From positions 92,194,001 to 92,258,000 of the forward strand of contig OZ024745.1 in NCBI GenBank assembly GCA_964016885.1: 64,000 nucleotides of DNA. The letters are read 5' to 3'. Source of the DNA: Eledone cirrhosa. Taxonomy: Eukaryota. Position 1 is the stretch's first letter; the number at the start of each line of letters is the position of its first letter. The notes under the pieces were generated by a model. It was not told where the DNA came from, searched no databases, and worked only from the letters and a program-made list of their open reading frames with translations. The position numbers and the translations under genes are program-made. Positions 12,468 to 26,105 of the stretch are shown here, piece after piece.

Positions 12468-14306
12468 TTACCTTACTTCTCGTAGAGGAAGGACGGTTTC
12501 TCCATCCTTTTCACTGTTTGTGGCCTCCTCAGGAAGGATGTCTTATAAATCCTCCTGGAGAGTGCTTGTCGGAAGTCTCCGATGTCTTTGGGGAATTTTT
12601 GTTTCAGTGTCATGTACGTTTTTTGTGTGATGCGAGTGATTTGTATGTGTGGAGGTGGTGTGAACTTTTGGGTTGTTGTGTAGTCTTTTTCTGTGATACT
12701 GGTGTTGTGTTGGATGTAGTGTAATAATTGGTTGTTCAAATTTAATGCTGTGTAGTGTGTATCGTTTTGGTTGTTTTGTTTTGTTTGCGTTTGTTGTGGG
12801 TTTGTTTCTGTTTCGCATTTTGGTGACTTTTGTGGTGTAGGTGATGGTGGTGTTGGGGTTAATGATGGTGATGGTGTTAGTGTTTGGGGTGATGGGGTTG
12901 GTGATGCTGGTGTGGATGGTGGCATATCTGTCCTAACTTTTTTGTTTCATAGTTTATTTGTTTCCCTCTGTATTTTGTTTTTGGAGGGGGAAGGAAGAGA
13001 ATTTTTTTCTTTTTTGGTTTCTTTTTTTCTTTTTTCCTGATACCGTTTCCCACTCCTCGTCGTCACAATCTGTCTCCAGTTGTGATAGGCCGGGGAGTAG
13101 AAAATCCTCCACAGGCGTTAGTTTTGGTTGTGGCGTGGTGGATGGTGTAGGCGCTGGTGCTAGTTCTGGCGCGTTGGGTGGTGGTGGTGTTGGTTTTGCT
13201 ACTGTTTCTGGAGTTGTTGCTGTTACAGTTGCTTCTGTTGTTGCTGCTACAGTTGTTGCTGCCACCTCTGCTGCTGGTGGTGTTGATGGTTGAGTCACTG
13301 GGGTGGGTAGGAGAGGTGGCCTCAACCTTTTAGCCTGAGGGCAGAAAGCCCTTAGGTGGGTTCCTTCACCACAAACGACACACCTAGGCCTTCTGCCCTC
13401 GACAATTACGGTGAGGTGGCTGCCGTCAGTGAGGTCTATTGCCTCTGGGATCTCCTCAATGCTTTTTTGGTCCGCTTGGATCAGGAGCTCGATCCCAGAT
13501 CCGGACCAGTTCTCCTGCTTTTCTTTCGCTATTTCGATTATCTTGGTGTTGGCTTCGATGCCGGCGAGGACGGCAGCTATTAGCCAGGGAATTTCGATGG
13601 CCGGTGGAACGTGGGTGACCCTGATCTTTACGAGTCTCTGGCCACAATAGCTTGGGACGAGTGTGAAGTCGTCACTTCTTAATGAGGCCATGGAGTGTTC
13701 TCTAGCCTCCTGTGGTGTTTCAAAGAACACGTCCACGATTCCATACTTCTGCCCACGTCTGATGTGGGGTTTTTTTGCCCACACATGTCCCAAAGCTTTT
13801 TGGATTTGGGACTCGGATGCCCGTTCCACTCGGCGCGATTTTATATTAATTGTTCGATAAGACACGGTGCATAGGCGCCGATGCCCCATTTTATTAGGTG
13901 TGTGTGTGTGTGTGTGGCCAGGGGGGGGGGGGCTGACCCTGTACCCATCTTTCTTTACCATTTTTTTGGCTTCTTCTAATTCCTCCTGAGTTACCTGTTT
14001 TGCTACTCTGGCAAAACTCAGGGTGGTTTTCTTAATGTCATTGTTGCTGTTGTTGTTATCGTTATTTTTGTTATTATTAATTTTAGTTTCAGTTGTGGTG
14101 GTGGTGGCGTCAGTGGTGTTCGGTGTGGAAGAGTTCATTTTGGTTGAATTCATTTCGATATCACGAGTTAATTTATTTTTTTCTTTTGTTTCTGTTGTCG
14201 CGATGGTGGTGGGGGTGGGGGTTGTCGCGGTGGTGGTGGTGGTGGTGGCGGCTTTAACACCTGCAGTCATTGGTAATGGCGGGAAATGAATGTCTGCCTG
14301 AGACAA
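12468..14306 (-). pseudogene. ORF1 of copy B (zinc-knuckle nucleic-acid-binding protein), frameshift near 12950
   Basis: 450 aa ORF 12954-14306 with CX2CX4HX4C, continuing into ORF 12473-12925. Confidence 0.82.
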
Positions 14307-14606
14307 ATTTAAAATATTGCTACTGCTTATATTTTTTTTAGTGTTGGCAAACGTAGTAATATTTACAATGGTGGTGTCGGTGTGAGGTGTTAGTTTGTTT
14401 CAAAGAAAAAATTTTGTTTGATAATTATAGAAGTTTAAATTTTGGGCCCAAGGCCCCAATCTTTTGGGGTGTCCTTTTCAGATAACAATGTATGTGCACT
14501 TATATAGAGTTAACAATAAAATTTTCCATGAATGGCAATTTTGAACAACTGAAAATAACAAACCTTTGCGGAGCTCACGATGATACGATTTACTACGTAG
14601 GTCGCC

Positions 14607-14668
<62 letters not shown>
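14607..14668. repeat. (AAT)n tract at the 5' end of LINE copy B
   Basis: Direct reading. Confidence 0.95.
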
Positions 14669-14919
14669 GACATTCCTTTCTTTTATCTTAGGTAATGGGA
14701 TAGACTTTCAAAAGTTCCAGAAGACTTTTCTTTACAAAATGAAACAAGAAAAACAAACTTTTCCTTCGTCAAAATGAATCGTGATAAAATCCATCTTTTT
14801 TGCAGAGTTATCGCTTCAATGCACAAATACAACAACAATATCTACAACAACAATGTCTTTATTGGCTACAAGCGCCTACACATTCAATACAAAACCAGTT
14901 TCAAATGAGGTTACAAGAC

Positions 14920-14997
14920 GTGTATGTATATATATATATATATACACAAACATACTTCCACACATACATATATACACATACGCGCACACCCACATAT

Positions 14998-15050
<53 letters not shown>

Positions 15051-15340
15051 AATATGTGTGTGTGTGTGTGTGTGTGTATGTGTGTGTATATATATGTGTG
15101 TGTGCGTGTATGTATATATATGTATGTGTGTATGTATGTTTGTGTATATATATATATATGTGTGTGTATGTATGTGTATATGTGTGTATGTATATGTATG
15201 CATGTATGTGTGTATATGTGTGTATGTATATGTATGCATGTATGTGTGTATATGTGTGTATGTATGTGTGCGTGTGTATATATGTGTGTATATGTGTATA
15301 TGTATGTATGTGTGTGTATGTGTATGTGTGTGTATGTATA
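14920..15340. repeat. Compound (TA)/(CA)/(TG) microsatellite
   Basis: Direct reading. Confidence 0.9.
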
Positions 15341-15610
15341 AAGGTGGTGAAGGGTGAGCAGGTTAACAAATACCGGTCGCTCTCCGACAGGTTTGCGGTC
15401 CTTCCCCTGGCAGTGGAGACTTCTGGTGTCCTCGGCCCCAGGGCTACCTCCTTACTCACCACCATAGGCGCTGAGCTGGCCAGCCGCAGGTGTGAGCCCT
15501 GCGAGTTGGAGTGGCTTTTTCAACGCGTCTCCCTTGCCGTCCTCCGGGAAAACGCCTTCTCCAGTCCGCCGGGGCTGTGTGTGGGCCCCATCGCGTACCA
15601 ATACATTAGT
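15341..15610 (+). pseudogene. 3' fragment of a CRE-like non-LTR retrotransposon (restriction-like endonuclease C-terminus)
   Basis: KYRSLSDRFAVLPLAVETSGVLGPRATSLLTTIG...WLFQRVSLAVLRENA resembles the CRE-clade C-terminal signature. Confidence 0.75.
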
Positions 15611-15772
15611 TAAATACCATTCTTTCATCTGATACAACACAATAAAGACTAAAGTGTTTATGTATCAAGCTCTAACATTGTCATACACAAAAAGAAATAC
15701 AAATATATACATATAGAATAACAAACATAAATGTATAAATATATATAAATAAACACAAATGCAAATAACACA

Positions 15773-15942
15773 ACTCACCCACTTTCCACCCACATTTTCA
15801 CCCACTTTTCACCCACTTTTTACCCACTTTTCGCCCACTTTTCACTAAATTTTCATACACTTTTCACCCATCTTTAATCCACTTTTCACCCACTTTTAAC
15901 CCACCTTTCACCCACCTTTCACCCACTTTTCACACACTTTCT
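15773..15942. repeat. Degenerate 11-bp tandem repeat TTTTCACCCAC
   Basis: Direct reading. Confidence 0.8.
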
Positions 15943-16032
15943 CTAACTGTAATTCTTGCCCCATGATTTGTGTCGCGAGTCAGTAACCAGCTCTGTGGAA
16001 AATCAACTCCAATTGTTTCCTCAATTTTAAAA

Positions 16033-19000
16033 CCATTCTCTATACTATAGAGTACACATCATTCTCTATACAATGGAGTACACACCATTCTCTCTATTAT
16101 AGAGTACACATAATTCTCTATATTATAGAGTACACATCATTCTCTTTACTATAGAGTACACATCATTCTGTATACAATGGAGTACACACCATTCTCTATA
16201 CTATAGAGTACACATCATTCTCTCTACCATAGAGTACACACCATTCTCAATACTATAGAGTACACGCCATTCTCTATACTACAGAGTACACATCATTCTC
16301 TATACTATAGAGTACACATCATTCTCTCTAATATAGAGTACACATTATTCTCTCTGCTGTAGAGTACAAATCATTCTCTATACAATGGAGTACACGTCAT
16401 TCTCTCTACTATAGAGTACACATCATTCTTTCTGCTATAGAGTACACATCATTCTTTCTGCTATAGAGTACATATCATTCTCTATACAATGGAGTACACA
16501 TCATTCTCTCTGCTATAGAGTACACATCATTCTCTATACAATGGAGTACACGTCATTCTCTCTACTATAGAGTACACACCATTTACTATATTATGGGATA
16601 CACACCATTCTCTATACTATAGAGTACATGCCATTTTCTATACAATGGAGTACACATCATTCTCTATACAATGGAGTACACACCATTCTCTATACAATGG
16701 AGTACACACCATTCTCTATACTGTAGAGTACATGCCATTTTCTATACAATGGAGTACATATCATTCTCTATGCAATGGAGTACACATCATTCTCTATACA
16801 ATGGAGTACACATCATTCTCTATACAATAGAGTACACATCATTCTCTATACAATGGAGTACACATCATTCTCTATACTATACAGTGCATGCCATTTTCTA
16901 TACAATGGAGTACACATCATTCTCTATACAATGGAGTACACATCATTCTCTATACAGTGGAGTACACACCATTCTCTATACGATGGAGTACATACCATTC
17001 TCTATACAATGGAGTACACACCATTCTCTATACAATGGAGTACACACTATTCTCTATACAATGGAGTACACATCATTCTCTATACTATACAGTGCATGCC
17101 ATTCTCTATGCAATGGAGTACACATCATTCTCTATACAATGGAGTACACGCCATTCTCTATGCAATGGAGTACACATCATTTTCTATACTATAGAGTACA
17201 CACCATTCTCTATACAATGGAGTACACACCATTCTCTATACAATTGAGTACACACCATTCTCTATACAATGGAGTACACGCCATTCTCTATACTATGGAG
17301 TACACATCATTCTCTATACAATGGAGTACACATCATTCTCTATACAATGGAGTACACATCATTCTCTATAGAATGGAGTACACACCATTCCCTATACAAT
17401 GGAGTACACACCATTCGCTATATAATTGAGTACACATCATTCTCTATACAATGGAGTACATACCATTCTCTATACAATGGAGTACACAGCATTCTCTATA
17501 CAATGGAGTACACACCATACTCTATACAATGGAGTACACATCATTCCCTATAGAATGGAGTACACACCATTCCCTATACAATGGAGTACACACCATTCTC
17601 TATATAATTGAGTACACATCATTCTCTATACAATGGAGTACACACCATTTTTTATACAATGGAGTACACACCATTCTCTATACAATGGACTACACATCAT
17701 TCTCTATACTATGGAATACACACCATTCTCTATACAATGGAGTACACATCATTCTCTATACAATGGAGTACACACCGTTCTCTATACAATGGAGTACACA
17801 CCGTTCTCTATACAATGGAGTAGACACCATTCTCTATACAATGGAGTACACACCATTCTCTATACAATGGAGTACACACCATTCTCTATACAATGGAGTA
17901 CACACCATTCTCTATGCAATGGAGTACACACCATTCTCTATGCAATGGAGTACACACCATTCTCTATACAATGGAGTACACACCATTCTCTATACAATGG
18001 AGTACACACCATTCTCTATGCAATGGAGTACACACCATTCTCTATACAATGGAGTACACACCATTCTCTATACAATAGAGTACACACCATTCTCTATACA
18101 ATAGAGTACACACCATTCTCTATACAATGGAGTACACACCATTCTCATTACAATAGAGTACACACCATTCTCTATACAATGGAGTACACACCATTCTCTA
18201 TACAATGGAGTACACGCCATTCTCTATACAATGGAGTACACACCATTCTCTATACAATAGAGTACACACCATTCTCTATACAATGGAGTACACACCATTC
18301 TCTATACAATCGAGTACACACCATTCTCTATACAATGGTGTACACACCATTCTCTATACAATGGAGTACACACCACTCTCTATACAATGGAGTACACGCC
18401 ATTCTCTATACAATGGAGTACACACCATTCTCTATACAATGGAGTACACATTATTCTCTATACAATGGAGTACATACCATTCTCTATACAATGGAGTACA
18501 CACCATTCTCTATACAATGGAGTACACACCATTCTCTATACAATAGAGTACACACCATTCTCTATACAATGGAGTACACACCATTCTCTATGCAATGTAG
18601 TACACACCATTCTCTATACAATGGAGTACACACCATTCTCTATACAATAGAGTACACACCATTCTCTATACAATGGAGTACACACCATTCTCTATACAAT
18701 GGAGTACACATTATTCTCTATACAATGGAGTACATGCCATTCTCTATACAATGGAGTACACACCATTCTCTATACAATGGAGTACACACCATTCTCTATA
18801 CCATGGAGTACACACCATTCTCTATACAATGGAGTGCACACCATTCTCTATACAATGGAGTGCACACCATTCTCTATACAATGGAGTACACATCATTCTC
18901 TATACAATAGAGTACACACCATTCTCTATACAATAGAGTACACACCATTCTCTATACAACAGAGTACACACCATCCTCTATACAATGGAGTATACATAAT

Positions 19001-19311
19001 TCTCTATACAATGGAGTACACACCATTCTCTATACAATAGAGTACACACCATTCTCTATACAATGGAGTACACATCATTCCCTATACAATGGAGTACACA
19101 CCATTCTCTATACAATGGAGTACACACCATTCTCTATACAATGGAGTACACACCATTCTCTATACAATGGAGTACACATCATTCTCTATACAATGGAGTA
19201 CACACCGTTCTCTATACAATGGAGTACACACCATTCTCTATACAATGGAGTACACACCAGTCTCTATACAATGGAGTACACACCATTCTCTATACAATGG
19301 AGTACACATTA
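16033..19311. repeat. 26-bp tandem satellite, unit TACAATGGAGTACACACCATTCTCTA, roughly 125 copies
   Basis: Contiguous units without spacers; gives the 26-aa periodic ORFs (3 units = 78 nt). Confidence 0.97.
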
Positions 19312-19684
19312 TGCCACACACCAGCTAGGGGTTCCTTCAACTCTTTCTCCGAGGGTATATGGAATTTTCCTAGTTTTTTTTCTTCTAATAATTATCTGTC
19401 TCCTTTCTCTTTGATTTTCCGGAATAAACTCACCGTGTAAGGAGATACTTTGTGGAATAGCCTACATCCCCTTTTGTGGTATAGCCTACATCCCTTTTTT
19501 TTCTTTGAGCTGACTCATATGGAGTCGGTCCTATTTCCCCCTCAGCAAATAATGAGGAAATGTATTGTTCATGATATTAATATTTTCTTTTTTTTTTTCA
19601 CTTATCTTTCCAGTGCTTTTCTTTTTTGTCCGTACTGTAGACGCGCGCGCGCTACACACATACACGCGCGCGCGCGAGCACACA

Positions 19685-19744
<60 letters not shown>

Positions 19745-20344
19745 AGCGGCGTGTAGAGCTCTGGAGATGCCCGTAGCAAATCTTGATTGTATGCCCCAAA
19801 GACTCAAGTATAAGGCCTAATATACTGAGAAATATTATGAGAGGGAAAAAATTTCCGATAAAGATAATGAATACAACCAAGGGCCTTGTTCCCCGCCCCA
19901 CTTTTTCAAACGTCTATATCTTATTTTTTGTTTATTTGATATAATCAATTATTTTTAAGATTATTTTTTTATATCTGATCTTCATTTGAATATATAACAT
20001 TTAATTAGCGTAAAATGTTACTTATGTGATAGGGTCCGGGACAGGCACCATAAGTAATTTATGCTCCTTTAAGAATCAACAAATGTTGGTTTGTTCCCCC
20101 CACATTTTTAAGGCAAACAAGGCCCCTAAACACAACCACAAGGATATGGTCCGAACGTGGAAGGGCTGAACTCCCACTATCATCGCCTCCATCTATCTCG
20201 CCCTCCCAATCTCTCTGTATGGTGGGCAAATGTGGTCCAACGTGCTGGCCTCCCGACAGCCCCGGCGGATAGAATGGAAAAGGCGTTTCCCCAGAGTATG
20301 GTAAGGAAGATACGCTAGAAGAGCCATTCCATCTCGCGAGGTTC

Positions 20345-20700
20345 ACACTTGCGGCTGGCCAGTTCAGCGCCTATGGTGGTGAGTAGGGAGGTAGCCCTGG
20401 GGCCAAGGACACCAGAAGTCTCCACTGCCAAGGGCACGACCGCAAACCTGTCATGCCATCTGGTCTTTTGTCGTCCCCCTCAGTCCGGCTCCACCGGCTC
20501 GAGCTGGGAAGGGAAGCCTGCAGCATCCAATCCATGCTTTATGACCTCGTTGAGGGCAGCATGTCGTGGACGGCGCCTGGCACTGTGTTGATACGTGGAG
20601 GCCGAAAGAGTCCACGGTGGATCCACAGCGACATTTATGTGGGTCGCAGATCCGGAGGCCGAGCCTCAGGGAAACGTCGATGCGCAGGCAATCGTTTGTT
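20345..20700 (-). pseudogene. CRE-like non-LTR retrotransposon fragment (zinc finger + restriction-like endonuclease), internally deleted
   Basis: Minus strand reads LRIDVSLRLGLRICDPHKCRCGSTVDSFGLH, RHAALNEVIKHGLDAAGFPSQLEP and DRFAVVPLAVETSGVLGPRATSLLTTIGAELASR. Confidence 0.78.
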
Positions 20701-20910
20701 TAGGTCACCTTTTCTACACCCTTCTCGTGTGCTTCCCCCAAAAAGGGCTGCTCAGACGCTAAAGACTCCGCCGAAGCATGTTGTTGTTCAGGCTAACAGT
20801 GATGTTAGGATAAGACTCGAGCCACCCACATGTAGATTTGTGACTATATATAGGCTTCTAACCGATTGAAACTGCACACATTACCACTCCTCCACTGCCG
20901 TGGGACTTGT

Positions 20911-20983
<73 letters not shown>

Positions 20984-21327
20984 GATTAGGATAATGCTGA
21001 TGATGTAGTTTCGCCGGCGCTTCGTTCTTCCTGTTAATACAAATAAATAAATAAATAAATAAATAAATTCTAAACGAAGTTTTCATAGTCCTGACACAGA
21101 GCTGTGCCAAATACAAACTTACCCGCCAAATTATAAACACTAACACCGCCAAATCTCGATCACTTTTTGCCACGTTTGTGTTTTCTGTCATATGAAGCTC
21201 TCATAGAGCTTTCAAACAAACTTCATGTAATTCGGAGGAAATTTACCCAGGCGTAGCATTCGCCATCAACTTTCTCTATCTCTTTATCCGTTCACATTTC
21301 TCTTTCACTCTATTTTTCCATATTCCT

Positions 21328-21387
<60 letters not shown>

Positions 21388-21519
21388 TCATTCTTTCTTT
21401 CTTTCATTCCTTCATTCATTCTTTCTTTCTTTTTTAACCACTGGTACTCTTCGATCCTTGATTCATATATATTATACATAAACATAATTGGTATTATATA
21501 TACAAGCAGGGGAGTACGT

Positions 21520-21560
21520 GGCTCTGATGAACGCCAACCAGCGTGAAACAGACTGTCAAC
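21520..21560 (+). ncRNA. Type I hammerhead ribozyme motif in a short Penelope-like repeat
   Basis: CTGATGA-ACGC caacca GCGT-GAAA-CAGACTGTC; stem I is weak. Confidence 0.65.
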
Positions 21561-21659
21561 CTCTCTCCCTTCTTTCGCCGAAAAGAACTAAGTGACATAG
21601 TCACTACTTTAAAACTGATAGCGTATGGTCTTCTAAATGATTTTAATTAAACATATGGT

Positions 21660-21800
21660 GAAGGCGCATGGCTTAGTGGTTAAAGCATTGGGCTTGCAAT
21701 CAAAAGGTTGTGAGTTCAGTTCTCGGACCGGGTGATGTGTTGTTTCCTTGAGCAAGAGACTTTATTTCACGTTGCTCCAGTTTACTCAGCTGTAGAAATA
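21660..21800 (+). mobile_element. tRNA-derived SINE, family 1
   Basis: A-box-like TGGCTTAGTGG, degenerate B box, body CCTTGAGCAAGANACTTTATTTCACGTTGCTCC repeated many times in the window. Confidence 0.8.
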
Positions 21801-22019
21801 AGTACCCGCCAGCCCGCCCAGCCAGTGTGATGGCGTTATCTTATGGCTAAAACAGCACGATGTGCTGTGACCAGCGGGGCCAATTGGTGCCCGACAGACT
21901 GGTCGGTGAAGGTGATCAAGGTGATATGGTATATTGCCAGATATACCATACTTACATTCATGTATACATCGCTATTTCAGCGCCGCTGGTCACAGCACAT
22001 CGTGCCGTTTTAGCCAATC

Positions 22020-22195
22020 TTGAGGTTGTGAGTTCGAGTCCTGGACCGGTCGATGCGTTATGTCCTTGGGCAAGACACTTTATTTCACGTTGCTCCTTCT
22101 ACCTGGAGTTGCGACCGATAGATAGTACTAGCAACTGGAAAGACCGATGAAAACATTGTTTCCTCGGTCCGATTTGACGAAAGTCGATCGATCCA
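22020..22195 (+). mobile_element. tRNA-derived SINE family 1, 5'-truncated
   Basis: GAGTTCGAGTCC B box plus the same body and tail as 27006, 46806 and 57783. Confidence 0.78.
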
Positions 22196-22285
22196 TTTAT
22201 ATATACAGTATATATATACATATATGTGAAGTGTTCTTTTTAGATTAGTTTATTGGGATCAACCCTCAGTGTTTTAGTATAAGAT

Positions 22286-22363
<78 letters not shown>

Positions 22364-22510
22364 ATAAAGTATATCCATAGAATCATTTGATAAGATATAT
22401 ATACACCATCTCCTCTCCCAATCAGCATAATCAACCACACAAAAAACCAATTAAACCAGGCTATAAGATTAAAAGGCACCTATGAAGAAATAATAGATAA
22501 ATAAACGACA

Positions 22511-22590
<80 letters not shown>

Positions 22591-22669
22591 GGAGGTGAGT
22601 AATATTGTAGAACAATAAAACTATGCATATATCAGATAAGTAGGACTTGACAGTTGGTACAACTGGAGT

Positions 22670-22934
22670 ATATATAAAGAAGAAATTAAAAGATGGTTAA
22701 AAAAGTTCCATATATTTTATTATGCGCATTTCGAAAACAACATCCTCCTGGGACAAACATTGTGTTGTCATCTCATATGTTGACTGAACACTTTCTTGTT
22801 CACAAGTGTTTTTAGGCCTCATATCATGTTACCTTATTTTATCTGATGAGAACACAATTTTTGTCCCAGGAGGATGTTGTTTTCGAAATGCGCATAATAA
22901 AATATATGGAACTTTTTTAACCATCTTTTAATTT

Positions 22935-22940
<6 letters not shown>
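22670..22940. mobile_element. Short fold-back Penelope-like insert in (TA)n
   Basis: ~22676-22756 is the reverse complement of ~22860-22938; contains a hammerhead motif. Confidence 0.75.
22837..22902 (+). ncRNA. Type I hammerhead ribozyme, canonical core
   Basis: TTTTAT-CTGATGA-GAACACAA...TTGTTTTC-GAAA-T GCGC ATA-ATAAAA: 6-bp stem I, palindromic GCGC in minimal stem III, AUA cleavage triplet. Confidence 0.85.
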
Positions 22941-22999
<59 letters not shown>

Positions 23000-23040
23000 A
23001 TATGTATATATATATGATATATGATATATATATATATATA

Positions 23041-23151
23041 TACAGAGTGTCCCCCCCAAAAAAGTATACACACTTTGATTACCTGTTCAGGCAATATTTA
23101 TTAGAATGCTGTTGAAGTGTCTATACATTTTTGGGGGACACCGCGTGTGTA
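23041..23151. mobile_element. Tiny Tc1/mariner-type MITE remnant
   Basis: Imperfect TIRs TACAGAGTGTCCCCCCAAAAAAGTATACACACTT / AAGTGTCTATACATTTTTGGGGGACAC within a TA run. Confidence 0.55.
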
Positions 23152-23223
23152 TATATATATATATTCATACATACACACACACACACATATATATGTGTGT
23201 TTGTGTGTGTGTATATATATGTC

Positions 23224-23278
<55 letters not shown>

Positions 23279-23290
23279 TATGTATGTATG

Positions 23291-23360
<70 letters not shown>

Positions 23361-23372
23361 CATACATACATA

Positions 23373-23465
<93 letters not shown>

Positions 23466-23801
23466 TATATACATATATATACATATATACACACACACAC
23501 AACACATTTACAAAAGATGCACACTTCGGACTCCCATAAAGACGTACTTATAAGAAAACACTGGTCCACGTACTTGAAGACTTACAGTGTACAGAAATTG
23601 CTACAAGACACTTTATTTACAACAGACACTTATCTATACATAACGACCATAAATTCATATTTTCCTACTGTTTGTCTCACTATATTTCCTCCATCCGTTT
23701 CTATTTCTCTTTCTCTAAACTTCCTAGTTTTTCTCTTGCTATTATATACTACTTAACACGCGAACCAACAAGAGTATATATATATATATATATGTATATA
23801 T

Positions 23802-23899
<98 letters not shown>

Positions 23900-24573
23900 C
23901 GATGTGATAATAATAAAAATGGTGATTATAAATAATTTTAAGACAAGCGTATGTAGAAAGATGTAAACAAGCTACTGAGAAGACACACACACACACACAT
24001 ACACACATGCATACACACACACACACACACGCACGCACACACATATATCTATCTATATGAGAGAGAAATATAGATAGATAGATAAATAGATAGATAGACA
24101 GAAATACACACACATGGAAATACACACATGGAGGCACACACACAGACACACATATACATACACACACACACATATATAGATACATGCACACACACACATG
24201 CACTCCAGAACAACAAAGAACTATTAAAGACATGCATTTGAAATGCCACTGACAAAGAACAGAATCTACACAGTGTATATATAAAAACACTAACTGCTGG
24301 CAATACTCATATCAAGTGATATATATACTGAAGTTATATGTGATTCATATATAACATATAAACAAACAATTTGTAACACACGCCTTCCAAATGACAAACA
24401 CGGACATAAATACACACACACAGACATATTTATATATACATTATATATATATATATAGGAAAAAGTATGACCCCGACAGCAGAGCTCAAGCCGTTTCGAC
24501 GGCTATTTCTGGTATTGAGTACTCTGGTGCGTTATGGTCCATCTGGTTCCTTACCACAATTCCTTCGTTTTCG

Positions 24574-24629
<56 letters not shown>

Positions 24630-24644
24630 TATTAGCTAAGATTA

Positions 24645-24765
24645 TCTGAGTTCAAATCCCGCCGAGGTTAACTTTGCCTTTCATCCTTACGGGGTCGATA
24701 AAATAAAGTACCAGTAATGTACTGGATAATTGCTGGCCTTGTGTCAAAAATAGAAACAATTATCA
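24645..24765 (+). mobile_element. SINE family 2 (GAGTTCAAATCCCGCCGAGGTTAACTTTGCCTTTCATCC...)
   Basis: B-box-like GAGTTCAAATCC and near-identical body at 30948, 38870, 41060, 42636, 48190, 48960, 49215, 61170 and 63850. Confidence 0.8.
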
Positions 24766-24918
24766 CTAGCACTCACATAGGACCCAACCCATACACAAAC
24801 ACACACATATATATATACAACTAACAAGAGACATGCGAGAAGAAACGCACACACGCACAATACATACATATATAAAAACAACTAGCAAGGCACATGCGGA
24901 AGAAATACGCACACACAC

Positions 24919-24986
<68 letters not shown>

Positions 24987-26034
24987 TATATATATATATA
25001 TATATATATGTACAGACGTGCCCCTCCTTCCTTCTGTTTCTGTCTCTTTCTCTTACCCATCTCTCTCCTTCTCTTTCTTCCTCTTTCTCTCCCTTTCACT
25101 CTCTCCACGAAACATACACACACAATACATATACGGCTGTGCCCCTCCTTTTTTCTGTTTCGTTCTCTCTCCTGCTCCCCCTCGTCTCTCTCTTTTTCTC
25201 TTCCTCTCTCTTCCTCCCTCTTTCCCTCTCTCTCTTTCCCTCTCTTTTTCTCAGTTTCAACCTCTTTTTCTGCCCCGTCTCTCTCTTTCTCTTCCTCCCC
25301 CTTCCTCTCTCACTTTCTTCCTATCTCTCTTTGCCCCTTCTCTCTTTCCCCCTCTGTCTATCTCTCTGTCTATCTTCCACTCTCTCCACTAAACAGTAAA
25401 CACAAACATATACAAGCCGACAAACACAGACACACACACACACACACACAAGCAAAAACACATACAAATATAATCCGACAAACCACACACATATACAAGC
25501 AAAAACACATACATTTATAATCCGACAAACACACACATACATATATAATCCGACAAACCACACACATACGCAAGCACAAACACATACATATACAAGCCGA
25601 CAAACACATAGAAACACGTATACACACTACAAACCGACTGACACTTCCAACTGACATACACAGCCTTGTATATGTTACTTCTGTCAGAGTGTCAGCAGTA
25701 GATAGGAGACAGCGAAAAAAACACAAAACTTAACACAGAAGACAACTTACTTTAAATCCTATCCTTACAATATTACTCGGATATACATATATATATAAAC
25801 ATTTGTATCTATATATACATATATAAATACATATATTTATTATATATTTACAATATATTTACTCACACAAATATATATATATTTACATATATATAACAGC
25901 ATCGTAAGTTTCTTAATTTAATTTATTATTTTATTATTTTCAATTTCTCTCACTCACTTTTATTAATTCACGTCGTCTGTTGTAACTAAGAAATATTCTC
26001 TAATTCCCACGGAAATGTGTTATTTAAAGTCACC

Positions 26035-26105
<71 letters not shown>

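Larger units (their letters stand above)
8838..14606 (-). mobile_element. Near full-length L1/Tx1-type LINE (copy B)
   Basis: 5' UTR starting GGCGACC, ORF1 with CVVCGEGTHLRAFC, ORF2 with APE, RT (AYADD) and CCHC; AAT tracts on both sides. Confidence 0.93.

Noticed and set aside
2157-13860. Plus-strand ORFs overlapping the LINEs
   Set aside because: Antisense shadows of GC-rich LINE coding sequence
16033-19311. CRISPR array or repetitive protein (MEYTPFSIQWSTHH ORFs)
   Set aside because: Units are contiguous with no unique spacers, there are no cas genes, and the ORFs occur in all three frames as a satellite artefact
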